21,246 nucleotides of DNA from Promethearchaeota archaeon (GTDB lineage Archaea; Asgardarchaeota; Lokiarchaeia; Sigyniarchaeales; SOKP01). Positions 7,355 through 17,487 of this stretch are shown here, one piece after another. Each line of letters begins with the position of its first letter. The stretch's first letter is position 1. Location of the stretch: the NCBI GenBank assembly GCA_008080735.1, contig SHMW01000075.1, positions 1 through 21,246 on the forward strand, in the 5' to 3' direction. Made by a program: the position numbers and the translations under genes. The notes under the pieces are model-generated. The model searched no databases and was not told the DNA's origin. It saw nothing but the letters and a program-made list of their open reading frames with translations.

Positions 7355-8389
7355 TTGAAGATGATCCCATCAATAGAATGGTTAGAAGAAGAAAAGAAAG
7401 TAAAGATGATCGATCAAACAATTCTTCCGCACGAATTAAAATTCCTAGAATTTGGTGATTATCGAGATGTTGCAAATTCTATAACTGTTATGAACATACG
7501 AGGCGCCCCTGCTATAGGTGCTGCGGCTGCTATGGGAATGGCATTAGCAACAATTGAATATAAAGAGTTGCCTAAAGATAAATTTCTTGAAAAAATGGAT
7601 GAGGCTGCTGATTATATGAAAGCTGCTCGACCTACAGCTTCAAATCTTTTCTGGGCAGTCAATAGAATTATGAAAATTGTGAAGAATTCTTCTGGTACCC
7701 CACCAGAAATTTCCGAAGAAGTTATCGAAGAAGCACAATTAGTAGCTCAAGAAGATGTAAATGTGAATAAGAGTCTCGGGAAACATGGAGCAAAAATCTT
7801 GGATGACGGAGATACCGTATTAACGCATTGCAACGCAGGTTCTTTGGCAACAGTCCAATATGGGACTGCTTTAGCGCCCGTTCGAGCCGCTATTGAACAA
7901 GGCAAAAATATCTCTGTAATCGCAGATGAAACTCGACCACGGTTACAAGGGGCAAGACTCACCGCATATGAATGTCAATATGATAATATTCCCGTAAATG
8001 TCATCGCTGACAACTCAGCAGGCCTGTTAATGCGACTCGGTAAAATCGACAAAGTTATTGTAGGCACAGATAGGGTAAGTTCTGATGCGGTCTTTAATAA
8101 AATTGGGACATATCATGTTGCATTGGCAGCGAAAGATAACGACATTCCTTTTTATGTAGCATGCCCTACTTCCACGCTTTCCTTGGAGGATACAGTTGAT
8201 GATGTAGAAATTGAACAAAGAGATCCCTCAGAAGTCGGGAGGATCCTAGGAAAAGTCCAAGCCGTCCCTGAGGGTGTCAAATGCCTCAATTACGCTTTTG
8301 ATATCACACCCTTTCGATTGGTAACTGGTATTATTACAGAAGATGGAATCTTTACTCCCGAAGAAATGCTTAAGAAATACAAACAATAA
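7355..8389 (+). CDS. mtnA: S-methyl-5-thioribose-1-phosphate isomerase (eIF2B-related family)
   Basis: IDQTILP, IRGAPAIG, ARPTASNL, LTHCNAGSLAT, DETRPRLQGARLT, NKIGTY, NYAFDITP. The true start may be ATG 7361. Confidence 0.92.
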   Translation: MKMIPSIEWLEEEKKVKMIDQTILPHELKFLEFGDYRDVANSITVMNIRGAPAIGAAAAMGMALATIEYKELPKDKFLEKMDEAADYMKAARPTASNLFWAVNRIMKIVKNSSGTPPEISEEVIEEAQLVAQEDVNVNKSLGKHGAKILDDGDTVLTHCNAGSLATVQYGTALAPVRAAIEQGKNISVIADETRPRLQGARLTAYECQYDNIPVNVIADNSAGLLMRLGKIDKVIVGTDRVSSDAVFNKIGTYHVALAAKDNDIPFYVACPTSTLSLEDTVDDVEIEQRDPSEVGRILGKVQAVPEGVKCLNYAFDITPFRLVTGIITEDGIFTPEEMLKKYKQ

Positions 8390-8621
8390 TCTTCATTTTT
8401 TTATATCTAATTTTTTCTGCTTCCGGCATATTCTATCATAAGCTCCAATTTTTCTCATTAAATTTATATTATAAATATTGAGAGATGTATCCCTTTATTG
8501 AGATTCAGTTAAACTATGAATATTTTTCGATTTATAAACGCGATCTTTTTTAAAAATCAAATTATAGATTAATTAGAACGATTTTTATTGAAATTTTAAT
8601 GCAATTATTTGCAAAAGGTAT

Positions 8622-9128
8622 ATGTCAATGTCTTATTACGTAGAGAAGTTTGAGTTTAAAAATAAACCTAAAGAAATTAATTATATTGAAGGAGAACCCC
8701 TAAAATTAACCGAAGATTTTCGATTTTATCATAATAAAATTAGATTTAGAAAAGAATTGACACCGCTGCAATTTCTCTTTAATGAATTCTTTAACACAAC
8801 TCTCCAAGCAGCAGGTATTAGAGATTCATATTTAAAAAGAGAATACACTGATACTTATCTGATTGTGATTTTCTGCGATACTGAAGAGATTAAAAACACC
8901 AATCAAATCATTGAAAAGCATTTTGATAAAAACTTGGAGAAGGGATGCTATTATATGGAGGGCAGCTCTGAATATCTACTTTTACTCACCAAAGATATGG
9001 AAGGGATTAAAGCGGGAATAGAAAAGATGAAAGAAATCTTAGAGCAAGTTCTCGATGACTATTTTAGGCGGAAAAATTTTGATGAGTATATCAAATTACG
9101 TCCATTCAATTTATTTGATTGTGTTTAA
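8622..9128 (+). CDS. Hypothetical protein resembling the non-catalytic N-terminal domain 2 of GH20 hexosaminidases
   Basis: 'KPKEI....GEPLKL' and 'EKGCYYME...LLLLTKDMEGIKAGIEKMKEIL' resemble the GH20 domain 2 pattern EGY.L...I.I...D..G...G..TL.QL. Confidence 0.55.
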   Translation: MSMSYYVEKFEFKNKPKEINYIEGEPLKLTEDFRFYHNKIRFRKELTPLQFLFNEFFNTTLQAAGIRDSYLKREYTDTYLIVIFCDTEEIKNTNQIIEKHFDKNLEKGCYYMEGSSEYLLLLTKDMEGIKAGIEKMKEILEQVLDDYFRRKNFDEYIKLRPFNLFDCV

Positions 9129-9243
9129 TAATCATTAGGCTAATAAATTTTTATTTTTTAATTTTTTTAACTTCCCTGAATATAGTAGAATACATTATTA
9201 ATAATAAAGAAAGGATTAGGATATAAGATTTAAAACTAGAATT

Positions 9244-10968
9244 CTATTCTGAGATATATTTCCAGGGTTTCTGCTTTTTTAAATTATAACCTTTTTGAGC
9301 ATACTCTTTTACCATGCGATGTGTGTTAAAATAAGCGGCTAGAGAAATCGCATTTTTACACTTATATAACCATTCATCGTGATTCATGTAGGTTGGGATA
9401 ATTTCATTTTCTAAAATATCATATATTTCTTTGGCATCCCGTTCCCAATCATTTAGTGTTTCATTTTCTGCATAATCTTCGGGAAATTTACCGATTGCCC
9501 AACCCGCATCGGGTTGTTTCCGAAATCCTTCGATCCACCATCCATCCAAGACGCTGAAATTGAGAACACCATTTAAGGCTGCCTTCATTCCACTTGTCCC
9601 GCTAGCTTCTCTGTAGCGCTCCGGACAATTTAGCCATACATCTACACCGCTTACAAGCATATGAGCAAGATCCATATTATAATTCTCCATAAGAACTACC
9701 TTAACACCATAATTATCGTAGAGATACTCTCCTGCTTCAAAAATCTTTTTGATATAATCCTTTCCTGCCTGATCCTTTGGATGAGCTTTTCCTGCGAAAA
9801 TAAATTGAACTTCCCCCTTACACATTTTTCCTAATCGATCCAAATTGTGAAATATCAAAATAGCTCTTTTATATGTGGCAAATCTACGCGCAAAACCGAT
9901 AGTTATTAATTCCTCATCCAAGAGATTCCAAGAATGTCCTTTCTGATAACTAATTAAATTAAATTTATTTTCTATATGGGCATCGAATAATTCTAAATCG
10001 TCAATTTCTATCGCATTTGAGAGAACGTCTGGTTTTGATTTCCAATTAGGCCATTTTCTGTCAAATATTCGCTGGATTGGTTTTGATACCCAGAATGGAA
10101 GATGAATCCCATTTGTAATTGCATCGATCTCATAGTTGGGGAACATTTCTCTGGTAGTCTCTCCATGTTTTTGAGCTACCGCATTAATATACCGGGAACA
10201 ATTCATTGCCAACAAAGTCATATTTAGTTCACCGTTTTCAGTTCCGAGCTCTAATAATTTTTTTGGGAATCTGTCAACAAACACTTTGTCTACTAAATCC
10301 TTACCGAAACGATCATGTCCAGCGGGAACAGGTGTGTGAGTTGTAAAGGCGACTCTCTCTTTAACTTTATAAAGGTCCTCACCCAAGTTTTTATATAATT
10401 CTATGGTAGAAAAAGCTCCATGTCCTTCATTAATATGATAGGTTGTTATATTTTCATAACCTAAAGATTTCAGTAATTTTACTCCACCAATACCTAAAAT
10501 CATTTCTTGAGCAATTCTATTCCATTTAGAGGTCGAGTCATAAAGGGATCCGGTTAATTTTTGCATCCAATCTTCATTTCCCTCAACCTCAGTGGTAAGT
10601 AAATATATCGGAATCACATGCCCAGATTGTCCAATCATTTTATAGAGCCATGCGGAAACTTTAATCTCGCGATCTTCTAACATCATCTTGATAGGTTTTT
10701 CTACCTTATCAAATTCGTAGAAAAAACTCCATTCAATTTCTTTCTCTTTTTGCTCTCCTTTTTCATTAAACAATTGATAAAAATAACCAGAACTGTAACA
10801 GAGGCAGATGCCAACCATTGGGATTTCTAAATCTGCCGCAGAACGTACTGTATCTCCCGCTAAAACGCCTAAGCCACCGCTATAGGTGGGGATATTACTG
10901 TCCATACCAATTTCCATTGAAATGTATGCCACTCTGGTATCATCAATCAAATCTTTGTTAATTTCCAT
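9244..10968 (-). CDS. glgP: Alpha-glucan (glycogen/maltodextrin) phosphorylase, GT35
   Basis: YSGGLGVLAGD, HINEGH, FTTHTPVPAGHD, ARRFATYKR, AGKAHPKD and the PLP-lysine motif EASGTSGMKAALNG. Confidence 0.96.
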   Translation of the reverse strand: MEINKDLIDDTRVAYISMEIGMDSNIPTYSGGLGVLAGDTVRSAADLEIPMVGICLCYSSGYFYQLFNEKGEQKEKEIEWSFFYEFDKVEKPIKMMLEDREIKVSAWLYKMIGQSGHVIPIYLLTTEVEGNEDWMQKLTGSLYDSTSKWNRIAQEMILGIGGVKLLKSLGYENITTYHINEGHGAFSTIELYKNLGEDLYKVKERVAFTTHTPVPAGHDRFGKDLVDKVFVDRFPKKLLELGTENGELNMTLLAMNCSRYINAVAQKHGETTREMFPNYEIDAITNGIHLPFWVSKPIQRIFDRKWPNWKSKPDVLSNAIEIDDLELFDAHIENKFNLISYQKGHSWNLLDEELITIGFARRFATYKRAILIFHNLDRLGKMCKGEVQFIFAGKAHPKDQAGKDYIKKIFEAGEYLYDNYGVKVVLMENYNMDLAHMLVSGVDVWLNCPERYREASGTSGMKAALNGVLNFSVLDGWWIEGFRKQPDAGWAIGKFPEDYAENETLNDWERDAKEIYDILENEIIPTYMNHDEWLYKCKNAISLAAYFNTHRMVKEYAQKGYNLKKQKPWKYISE

Positions 10969-11151
10969 ATTCTCTCAACTATTTTTGCTATATATTGCTA
11001 AATGTTTTTTAACTAATTAACTTATTATCGATTTTGATATTTATAAAAAAATTGCTTGTATAAATTATGATAGAATATATTAATAATTCCTCAGATCTTG
11101 CTTAAGAATCCCTCTTTTTGATCCATATGCTCGATATTAATTTTATTTTCT

Positions 11152-11784
11152 TCATATCTTAAGTGTTTTGTTTTTCAAAATCTCCACTTGAATTTTTGGG
11201 GCTTTCTGCTTTAAAAGTGCTTCAAAATCCTCTAGTTTTTTATCCCAGTTGTGCATTGGTACCACAATTTCAGGTTCAATATCCACTGTGGCCTCAATTG
11301 CCTCTTGAAAATCCATAGTATAAGTCCCACCACATGGTAATAAAGCTACTGTGATCTTTTTATGTAAGTGTTTCATTTCAGGGATTCTCTCAGTATCTCC
11401 CGCATGATATACTCTTTTACCTTCAGCAGTTACAATAATTCCCGCCCATTCATTATTCTTAGGATGGGTGCTTTTGTTTACCGTATAGGCTGGAACAAGT
11501 TGGATGCTGATCCCATTAAAGTCTCGAACTTCCCCAATTTTCATTCCTTTCCCATTATATTTCTTTAACTTTCTTGAAATCGATTCTGGACCGAGAACTA
11601 TCGTATCTTCTTTTAAAACATTTTCAATAGCAGAATCATCTAGATGGTCATGATGACTATGGCTGCTTACGATAATATCTGCTTTATCCTCTCTAAAAGA
11701 TATTTTATAAGGGTCAAGGTAAATTACCTTTCCGTTATGGGTTTTTATTTTAAAACACGCATGGGTTATCCATTCGATTTCCAT
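11152..11784 (-). CDS. MBL-fold metallo-hydrolase (UPF0173/UlaG-like)
   Basis: HACFKI, YLDPY, SHSHHDH (HxHxDH), YHAGDT, VPMH. Confidence 0.92.
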   Translation of the reverse strand: MEIEWITHACFKIKTHNGKVIYLDPYKISFREDKADIIVSSHSHHDHLDDSAIENVLKEDTIVLGPESISRKLKKYNGKGMKIGEVRDFNGISIQLVPAYTVNKSTHPKNNEWAGIIVTAEGKRVYHAGDTERIPEMKHLHKKITVALLPCGGTYTMDFQEAIEATVDIEPEIVVPMHNWDKKLEDFEALLKQKAPKIQVEILKNKTLKI

Positions 11785-11936
11785 TTAAACTTCACCATTT
11801 ATATTTTTAAAGGTATATAATTTGTCATTTATCGAATACTTATAAAAATTTTACTTAAAAAACAAAGAGAATTTGTTTTATTGCAATTATCGATACAATT
11901 AGAATTAAGAAAGAAAATACGCTTCAAATATTTCTA

Positions 11937-12323
11937 TTAATCTTTCTGCGCAAATTCGTTTATATTTAGATCTGGGTTTGGAAATTTAGTCTTCTCTGAA
12001 ACTCCATGGGTATCTGGATTCCCAATATCGATTTCTCTCATCCGTTCTTCAAACATTTTGTTCTTAAATTCGGGAATTTTCTTCGAGAATGGAGAGTCTG
12101 GAATAGGGTTTACTAATTTGAGTCCCTCAAAAGGCTGTTTATTCTTTGGCAATTTATTTTTTAATGTATTCTTTTTTTGAACATTTGTTTTATAATTGAG
12201 TGTTTCGGGTTTTAGAGGGTTACTCCATGGGTTTTTAGATTCGATAAACTTGGTTGGAAGTGTATATTTAGTCATGCGGCAAATAGGACAATTAATTACG
12301 TCTAAACCATGAATACAATGCAT
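11937..12323 (-). CDS. Hypothetical protein with N-terminal CxH-x6-CxxC putative zinc knuckle
   Basis: MHCIHGLDVINCPICR followed by a K/P/N-rich, probably disordered region. Confidence 0.7.
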   Translation of the reverse strand: MHCIHGLDVINCPICRMTKYTLPTKFIESKNPWSNPLKPETLNYKTNVQKKNTLKNKLPKNKQPFEGLKLVNPIPDSPFSKKIPEFKNKMFEERMREIDIGNPDTHGVSEKTKFPNPDLNINEFAQKD

Positions 12324-12591
12324 CTTTAATCTCTTTAAAAGAATAATTTCGTATATTGAATTATGAGAATTAAAAGTATTTTAAAATCTTTGTTGTTATA
12401 AATTATGAAGTTGCGCTAGCTAGACTTGCTTATCTAAACACTATATTCAATTGTATTGTAAATAATTTAATTCCATAATTTTAAGTTAAATGGGGTTTTA
12501 ATTTAGATTATATCATTTTAACAAGAGTTCACCTTTCACATTCTCGGTTTTCAATTTGTATTAGATAAAAAAAGAGATAAATAAAACTATC

Positions 12592-13725
12592 ATGACAAAA
12601 GGATTAATTCTCTCTGGTGGTTGGGGTACGCGTCTTAGACCTTTAACTTGCACTATTCCCAAAACATTAATTCCTGTTGGGAATAAACCCGTTATAGAGC
12701 GTCAAATGGAGCTTTTAAAAAGCGCTGGGGTGAAAGAAATAGTATTAGCGGTAAGTGTTATGTCCGAGTACCTAAAAAATTATTTCGGAGATGGAGAGCG
12801 TCTTGGGATAAAAATTCATTATACCAATGAACAAAGTCCTATGGGAACCGCTGGAGCATTAAAATTAGCAGAAATTTTTCTTAAAAATGATAATTTTTTT
12901 ATGTTAAACGGGGATGTTATTCTAAATTTCAATTTTAAGGAAATGCTACGGGTTCACGAAAATTTTGAGGGAATAGGAACCATCGCAAGTCGGCAAGTAG
13001 AGGATCCTTCTAGATATGGAGTGTTAATAATTGACGAAGAATCCCAAAAAATATTAAAATTTTTAGAAAAGGACGAGTTTGATTCTGGTGAGCATGGAGA
13101 AGGGACGATGCCCGTTAATGCAGGTGTATATATTCTAGAACCAGAAGTATTTTCTTATATAGAGCCCCATAGAAAACTTTCTATTGAACGAGATATTTTT
13201 CCAAAGCTAGCAGCCGCAAAGAATTTGCATCATTATCCAATCACAGGAATTTGGAAAGATATTGGTAAACCATATGAGTTGTTGAATGGAAATATTCTTT
13301 TAATGAAGGATATTCTTGAAAAATCACCAAATTCAGAAAATATTATAGAGAAGAACGTAGATATACATGACAGTGTTAAAATCTATCCCCCAGTGTCGAT
13401 TGGGGAAAATACTGTAATAAGGCAAGATTGTTCTATTGGTCCAGATGCTGTTATCGGGAATAATGTGTATGTTGAAGAAGGATGTTCCATAAGTGAATCC
13501 TTAATCTATGATGAGGTCTATATCTCTAAAAATGTGATGATTAAGAATGCTATAATTGCAGATAATTGTCTGGTGCGAAAACGTGCGAAATTAGAAGGAA
13601 ATAAAGAGAATTTGGTTATCCTTGCTGACCATGTTCAAATAAATGAGGAAATCAAAATAATTGCTCCGAAAGATCGATCCCTTACCGTCTGTCATCATGA
13701 AGTCGTAAAAGAGGATATCGAATAG
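12592..13725 (+). CDS. NDP-sugar synthase (mannose-1-phosphate guanylyltransferase-like) with C-terminal hexapeptide repeats
   Basis: LILSGGWGTRLRPLT..PK, MGTAGAL, LNGDV, DPSRYGV, VNAGVY, WKDIGKP, and a left-handed beta-helix tail. Confidence 0.9.
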   Translation: MTKGLILSGGWGTRLRPLTCTIPKTLIPVGNKPVIERQMELLKSAGVKEIVLAVSVMSEYLKNYFGDGERLGIKIHYTNEQSPMGTAGALKLAEIFLKNDNFFMLNGDVILNFNFKEMLRVHENFEGIGTIASRQVEDPSRYGVLIIDEESQKILKFLEKDEFDSGEHGEGTMPVNAGVYILEPEVFSYIEPHRKLSIERDIFPKLAAAKNLHHYPITGIWKDIGKPYELLNGNILLMKDILEKSPNSENIIEKNVDIHDSVKIYPPVSIGENTVIRQDCSIGPDAVIGNNVYVEEGCSISESLIYDEVYISKNVMIKNAIIADNCLVRKRAKLEGNKENLVILADHVQINEEIKIIAPKDRSLTVCHHEVVKEDIE

Positions 13726-13726
13726 C

Positions 13727-14323
13727 TTAATCCATCCTACCCAATTCCAAAATTAATTCTAAGTATGATTTTCTAATGGAATCCTTTTTTCTTATTTGAA
13801 ATTTATTAAGAAAATTAAATAATAGGTCTCTTGAAAGATCAATTTGTGTATCTAATTCCGCCTTTAATTCTACCTCAATAAAGTATTTCTCTAAAATTGG
13901 AATATAGTCAATTAAAGCTTCAATTTCGGAACCCTTATAATCGAAATGATACAAATCTCGCTCTTTTTCGACCGTGAGAACCTTTCGAAATCCCAGTGCG
14001 CTTAGAATGTTTTGAAGTTTCTCTCCGTCTTCTATTAATGTTTCTATCTCTTCTCTGGTTTTGGTTGAATTGTCTAATTTAGCCCCTTTATACGTAAGAT
14101 AGTAATGTGTTTGCTTTTCACTTTTGCTCTTCCTATTATATTCCATTGACTTTCGGATTCTCAATGCTTCATCCGTTTTTCTAAAATCTCTCAGTTTCTT
14201 AGGCATATTATAATAAGTATCCTCATGGGATAAGGAAATTTTATATTTTCCACCCTCTTCCTCAAAACGCTCCTTAATTTTTTGTGGGTCTAATATTTGT
14301 GCTTTAATCTCTACTTCAATCAT
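13727..14323 (-). CDS. cyaB: CYTH-domain protein (class IV adenylate cyclase/triphosphate tunnel metalloenzyme)
   Basis: EVEIK, DTYY, DEALRIR, LTYKG, REEIE, FIEVE, SYLEL. Confidence 0.9.
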   Translation of the reverse strand: MIEVEIKAQILDPQKIKERFEEEGGKYKISLSHEDTYYNMPKKLRDFRKTDEALRIRKSMEYNRKSKSEKQTHYYLTYKGAKLDNSTKTREEIETLIEDGEKLQNILSALGFRKVLTVEKERDLYHFDYKGSEIEALIDYIPILEKYFIEVELKAELDTQIDLSRDLLFNFLNKFQIRKKDSIRKSYLELILELGRMD

Positions 14324-14407
14324 GTGCTTATGCCATATTGAATATTTATTTTAGAAGATGTTCTACTTATCTTAACAAGTGCTTTTGAAAATATTAATAT
14401 TATTGAG

Positions 14408-15379
14408 TTGGTACCTATCGCTGCATCAAGAGAAGAAATTAAACGACTCGCAGAGGAATATGGATATTTACCTTATATGATAAGTAGATATTTGGATTTA
14501 TTTGGAAAAACGGAAACTCTAAAAATGTTGGAAGCCAATGAAAGACCTCCTGCTAGGTGGATTAGAACCAACACGTTGAAAATCACTCCTGAAGAATTGA
14601 GATCAAGATTGGTTGCAAAAGGATTTACATTAGAAAAATCAGAATGGATTCAGTACGCTTTTAAGGTGGTAGAAGAACCCTTAAATATCGGCTCCTTACA
14701 TGAATATTTACAAGGCTATTACTATATTCAAGATTTAGCTTCAATGCTGCCCCCACATATCTTAAACCCTCACTCTGGGGAGATAATAATTGATATGGCC
14801 GCCTCACCAGGAGGAAAATCCACTCATCTTGCACAATTGATGAATAACGATGGTTCTTTGATTCTTATAGAAAGAAATAAAAAGAGGATTCCCGCACTCG
14901 AGATTAATATTCGCCGAATGGGTGTTTCAAATTCAATTATTTTTAATTTTGATTCTAGAAATCTTACAAAATTACAAATTAAAGCAGATAAAATCCTTCT
15001 TGATGCACCTTGTACAGGTGAGGGATTAATTCAGCTAGACCCTTTGAGGAAAAAAAGCAAAACGTATAAGGATATAACAAAGATGACTACAATTCAAGAA
15101 AAATTGCTTCAAGCTGGACTTAATTCTCTAAAAAGCGGAGGGCAACTACTGTATAGCACATGTTCCATCGCACCTGAAGAAAATGAATTAGTTATCAATA
15201 ATATCCTCAATGAAAAAAAGAATGTAGAAATAAAGCAATTAGAACAGACATTAGGTAATGAAGGTTTTACAATGATGAATAATGAAGTATTAAATCGCAA
15301 ATTGAAATTTTCTCAAAGATTTTATCCTCATATTCATAATACCATTGGGTTTTATGTTTGTTTACTAGTTAAACATTAA
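14408..15379 (+). CDS. NOL1/NOP2/Sun family RNA cytosine-C5 methyltransferase
   Basis: IRTNTLK, YIQDLASM, DMAASPGGKS, LLDAPCTG (motif IV Cys), YSTCS..PEENE (motif VI Cys), GFY. Confidence 0.93.
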   Translation: MVPIAASREEIKRLAEEYGYLPYMISRYLDLFGKTETLKMLEANERPPARWIRTNTLKITPEELRSRLVAKGFTLEKSEWIQYAFKVVEEPLNIGSLHEYLQGYYYIQDLASMLPPHILNPHSGEIIIDMAASPGGKSTHLAQLMNNDGSLILIERNKKRIPALEINIRRMGVSNSIIFNFDSRNLTKLQIKADKILLDAPCTGEGLIQLDPLRKKSKTYKDITKMTTIQEKLLQAGLNSLKSGGQLLYSTCSIAPEENELVINNILNEKKNVEIKQLEQTLGNEGFTMMNNEVLNRKLKFSQRFYPHIHNTIGFYVCLLVKH

Positions 15380-15675
15380 AACATGTAGATTCTAATTCTT
15401 TAATGCGGATTTCCTCTAACTAACTTCTATCCTGATTTTATTTACTAAATCTCAGAATTACCGTAAAGAGAATATTTAGTTCACCATAAGATGTTTGGAG
15501 TTAGGAGGATATAAAAAAAATGGTAATATAATGGATAATTATGCAAAATTAGTTAGAATTATAAATTATGATAATTAAAATGGCGATCTATTAACGATTC
15601 CGATATTTCATAATCCTTAAATATTTGAATGTCATAAAAACTCTTTGAAATCTGATCATTTTCAAACCTTTTTGA

Positions 15676-17475
15676 TTGGTGATAAATTTGACTAAAACAA
15701 CAACAAAAACAATACTATTAATAATATTTTTTTTGAGCTTAAATCTAATGATGTATAGTAAAATTGCTGATGTGAGTCCGACTGATTTTACTCCAACTCC
15801 AGAGCAACCGAACGATGGCTTTTCTTGGGATTTTAATAAAGGCGATATAATGGGTTGGGAATTCGAAGTTTACATTAATGGTACCGATATAAAACTACCT
15901 AGCTATCTTTTTGCAGAAAGTTTTCCAAATCTTATCATAAATATTTCGGATTTTAAGTATGAAGATTTTGCTGGCTCAAACTATTACTATATTGAAACAG
16001 ACTTTCTGTATTATAATGTAAATACATCTACATTGGATTATATGGCTACAACAAATAAATCTTTAATTAATTTCACGAATGGAGAAATGTATATCGATTC
16101 TTTCCAGACATTCACTCATCCTCATGCCACGCTTATGATCTGGGACATGTATGCAAATTACTTCATTCCCAAAAATGGTACTGAATTAGCACTTGATTGG
16201 TGTGCTCATGCATTAAATAAAACTACTTACAGTGGATCTTTTATGAACACGACTATAGATATTGATTATGGATCAAACACAATTACTTATAGTAATGAAT
16301 CCATGAATGATTATTTTTCATTTAGATATTTCGAAAATGGAACTTTGGATACGGCTGAAATGTTTTTTGAAACTATGATTAATAATCCATTACATCATAC
16401 AAATATGACCTGGAAATTTAAGAGAACTTCAGATTTTAACTCTGTTGACGATGTTTTTTGGGAAATAAATATAGATGATCTTTTGATATACGATATTGGA
16501 GGAGAGATAAGGAAATATAAAATTATAGATTTTGTAGAATATACTACTACTATGTACCAATCTCTTTCCGAAGTTAGAGCAGACGTCTGGATATTAAATG
16601 AAAGTGCTGAATGGGAGTTAATTTATAACAATAGAACTATTGGAGCAGCTAATGAATACATAGGATTTCCACTTTCATCCGGTGGACAGGAATTCTTAAT
16701 AATGCCAACTTATCCTCCTCTGGAAGATATTCAGAAAATATTTGAAATGCTTACTGCTATGATGCCGGAGAATTCTTATCACAGCCACGAAAATTCCATA
16801 AAAATAGTAAACAACACATCAGGAGATTATATGATTACTCAATGGGCTGATGATGGAATCGTCACACACATAATGTCGAAAGGAAATTTTATGGCTATGT
16901 TTCCCTTCAATACAAGTCTATTATGTTATAATCCAGATAATATTGAAGCTTCCATAGTTGATGGAGAAGAAGAATCTCAACTCAATGATATTGGTTCTGG
17001 AGGTAAATTTGATGTCTCTCTTGATATCTTTGTATCAGAAATCTCCCAAATGATTTATTCTAGTTCCATAAAAAACCCAGTCAATCTTCAATTAAATGAG
17101 TCACTATTCTTTTTAGATATAAGCTTAAATGAGTCAGAAAATCTCAATAGTGTGAACATTACAATTCAATATGATGATCAAGAATACAGCGATATCGAAA
17201 TTTGGTGGTTCAATCAATCTGCTAACGATGGATTTGGAAAATGGGAGAAAATGAATTATACAGACTTAGGAAATGGAACTATAACCCTCTCTATTGAACA
17301 CTTATCAGTATTTAGTCTAAGCGGTTCTTTAATTGATCAACCTCCAGATGGAGATGGAGAAGGTGATGATGTTCCCTATATTCATTTTGGCTATTATTTC
17401 CTGATATACCTAGCAATAGCGATGTCATTGGGTATTATTCATACTTTTCAGAGAAAAATAAACCTTAAAAATTAA
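15676..17475 (+). CDS. Secreted, C-terminally membrane-anchored surface glycoprotein
   Basis: N-terminal signal peptide, many N-x-S/T sequons, acidic Pro/Gly linker (DQPPDGDGEGDD), C-terminal TM helix and basic tail (RKINLKN). Confidence 0.8.
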   Translation: MVINLTKTTTKTILLIIFFLSLNLMMYSKIADVSPTDFTPTPEQPNDGFSWDFNKGDIMGWEFEVYINGTDIKLPSYLFAESFPNLIINISDFKYEDFAGSNYYYIETDFLYYNVNTSTLDYMATTNKSLINFTNGEMYIDSFQTFTHPHATLMIWDMYANYFIPKNGTELALDWCAHALNKTTYSGSFMNTTIDIDYGSNTITYSNESMNDYFSFRYFENGTLDTAEMFFETMINNPLHHTNMTWKFKRTSDFNSVDDVFWEINIDDLLIYDIGGEIRKYKIIDFVEYTTTMYQSLSEVRADVWILNESAEWELIYNNRTIGAANEYIGFPLSSGGQEFLIMPTYPPLEDIQKIFEMLTAMMPENSYHSHENSIKIVNNTSGDYMITQWADDGIVTHIMSKGNFMAMFPFNTSLLCYNPDNIEASIVDGEEESQLNDIGSGGKFDVSLDIFVSEISQMIYSSSIKNPVNLQLNESLFFLDISLNESENLNSVNITIQYDDQEYSDIEIWWFNQSANDGFGKWEKMNYTDLGNGTITLSIEHLSVFSLSGSLIDQPPDGDGEGDDVPYIHFGYYFLIYLAIAMSLGIIHTFQRKINLKN

Positions 17476-17487
17476 TTTTTTTCTTTT

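Noticed and set aside
7248-8218. Minus-strand ORFs overlapping mtnA; likewise 11368-11568, 15109-15300, 17522-17839, 18535-18747 and 19235-19498
   Set aside because: Shadow or alternative-frame ORFs over confidently identified genes.
7355-8389. eIF2B subunit or ribose-1,5-bisphosphate isomerase instead of MtnA
   Set aside because: The DQT.LP N-terminus, THCNAG.LAT and QGARLT motifs favour MtnA.
15405-15515. Possible structured ncRNA (actaaat/atttagt stem; tcctctaact versus agttaggagga) and a short ORF after GGAGGA
   Set aside because: Pairing is short and imperfect in AT-rich DNA, and the ORFs are only 3-15 codons. It would need covariation or RNA-seq support.
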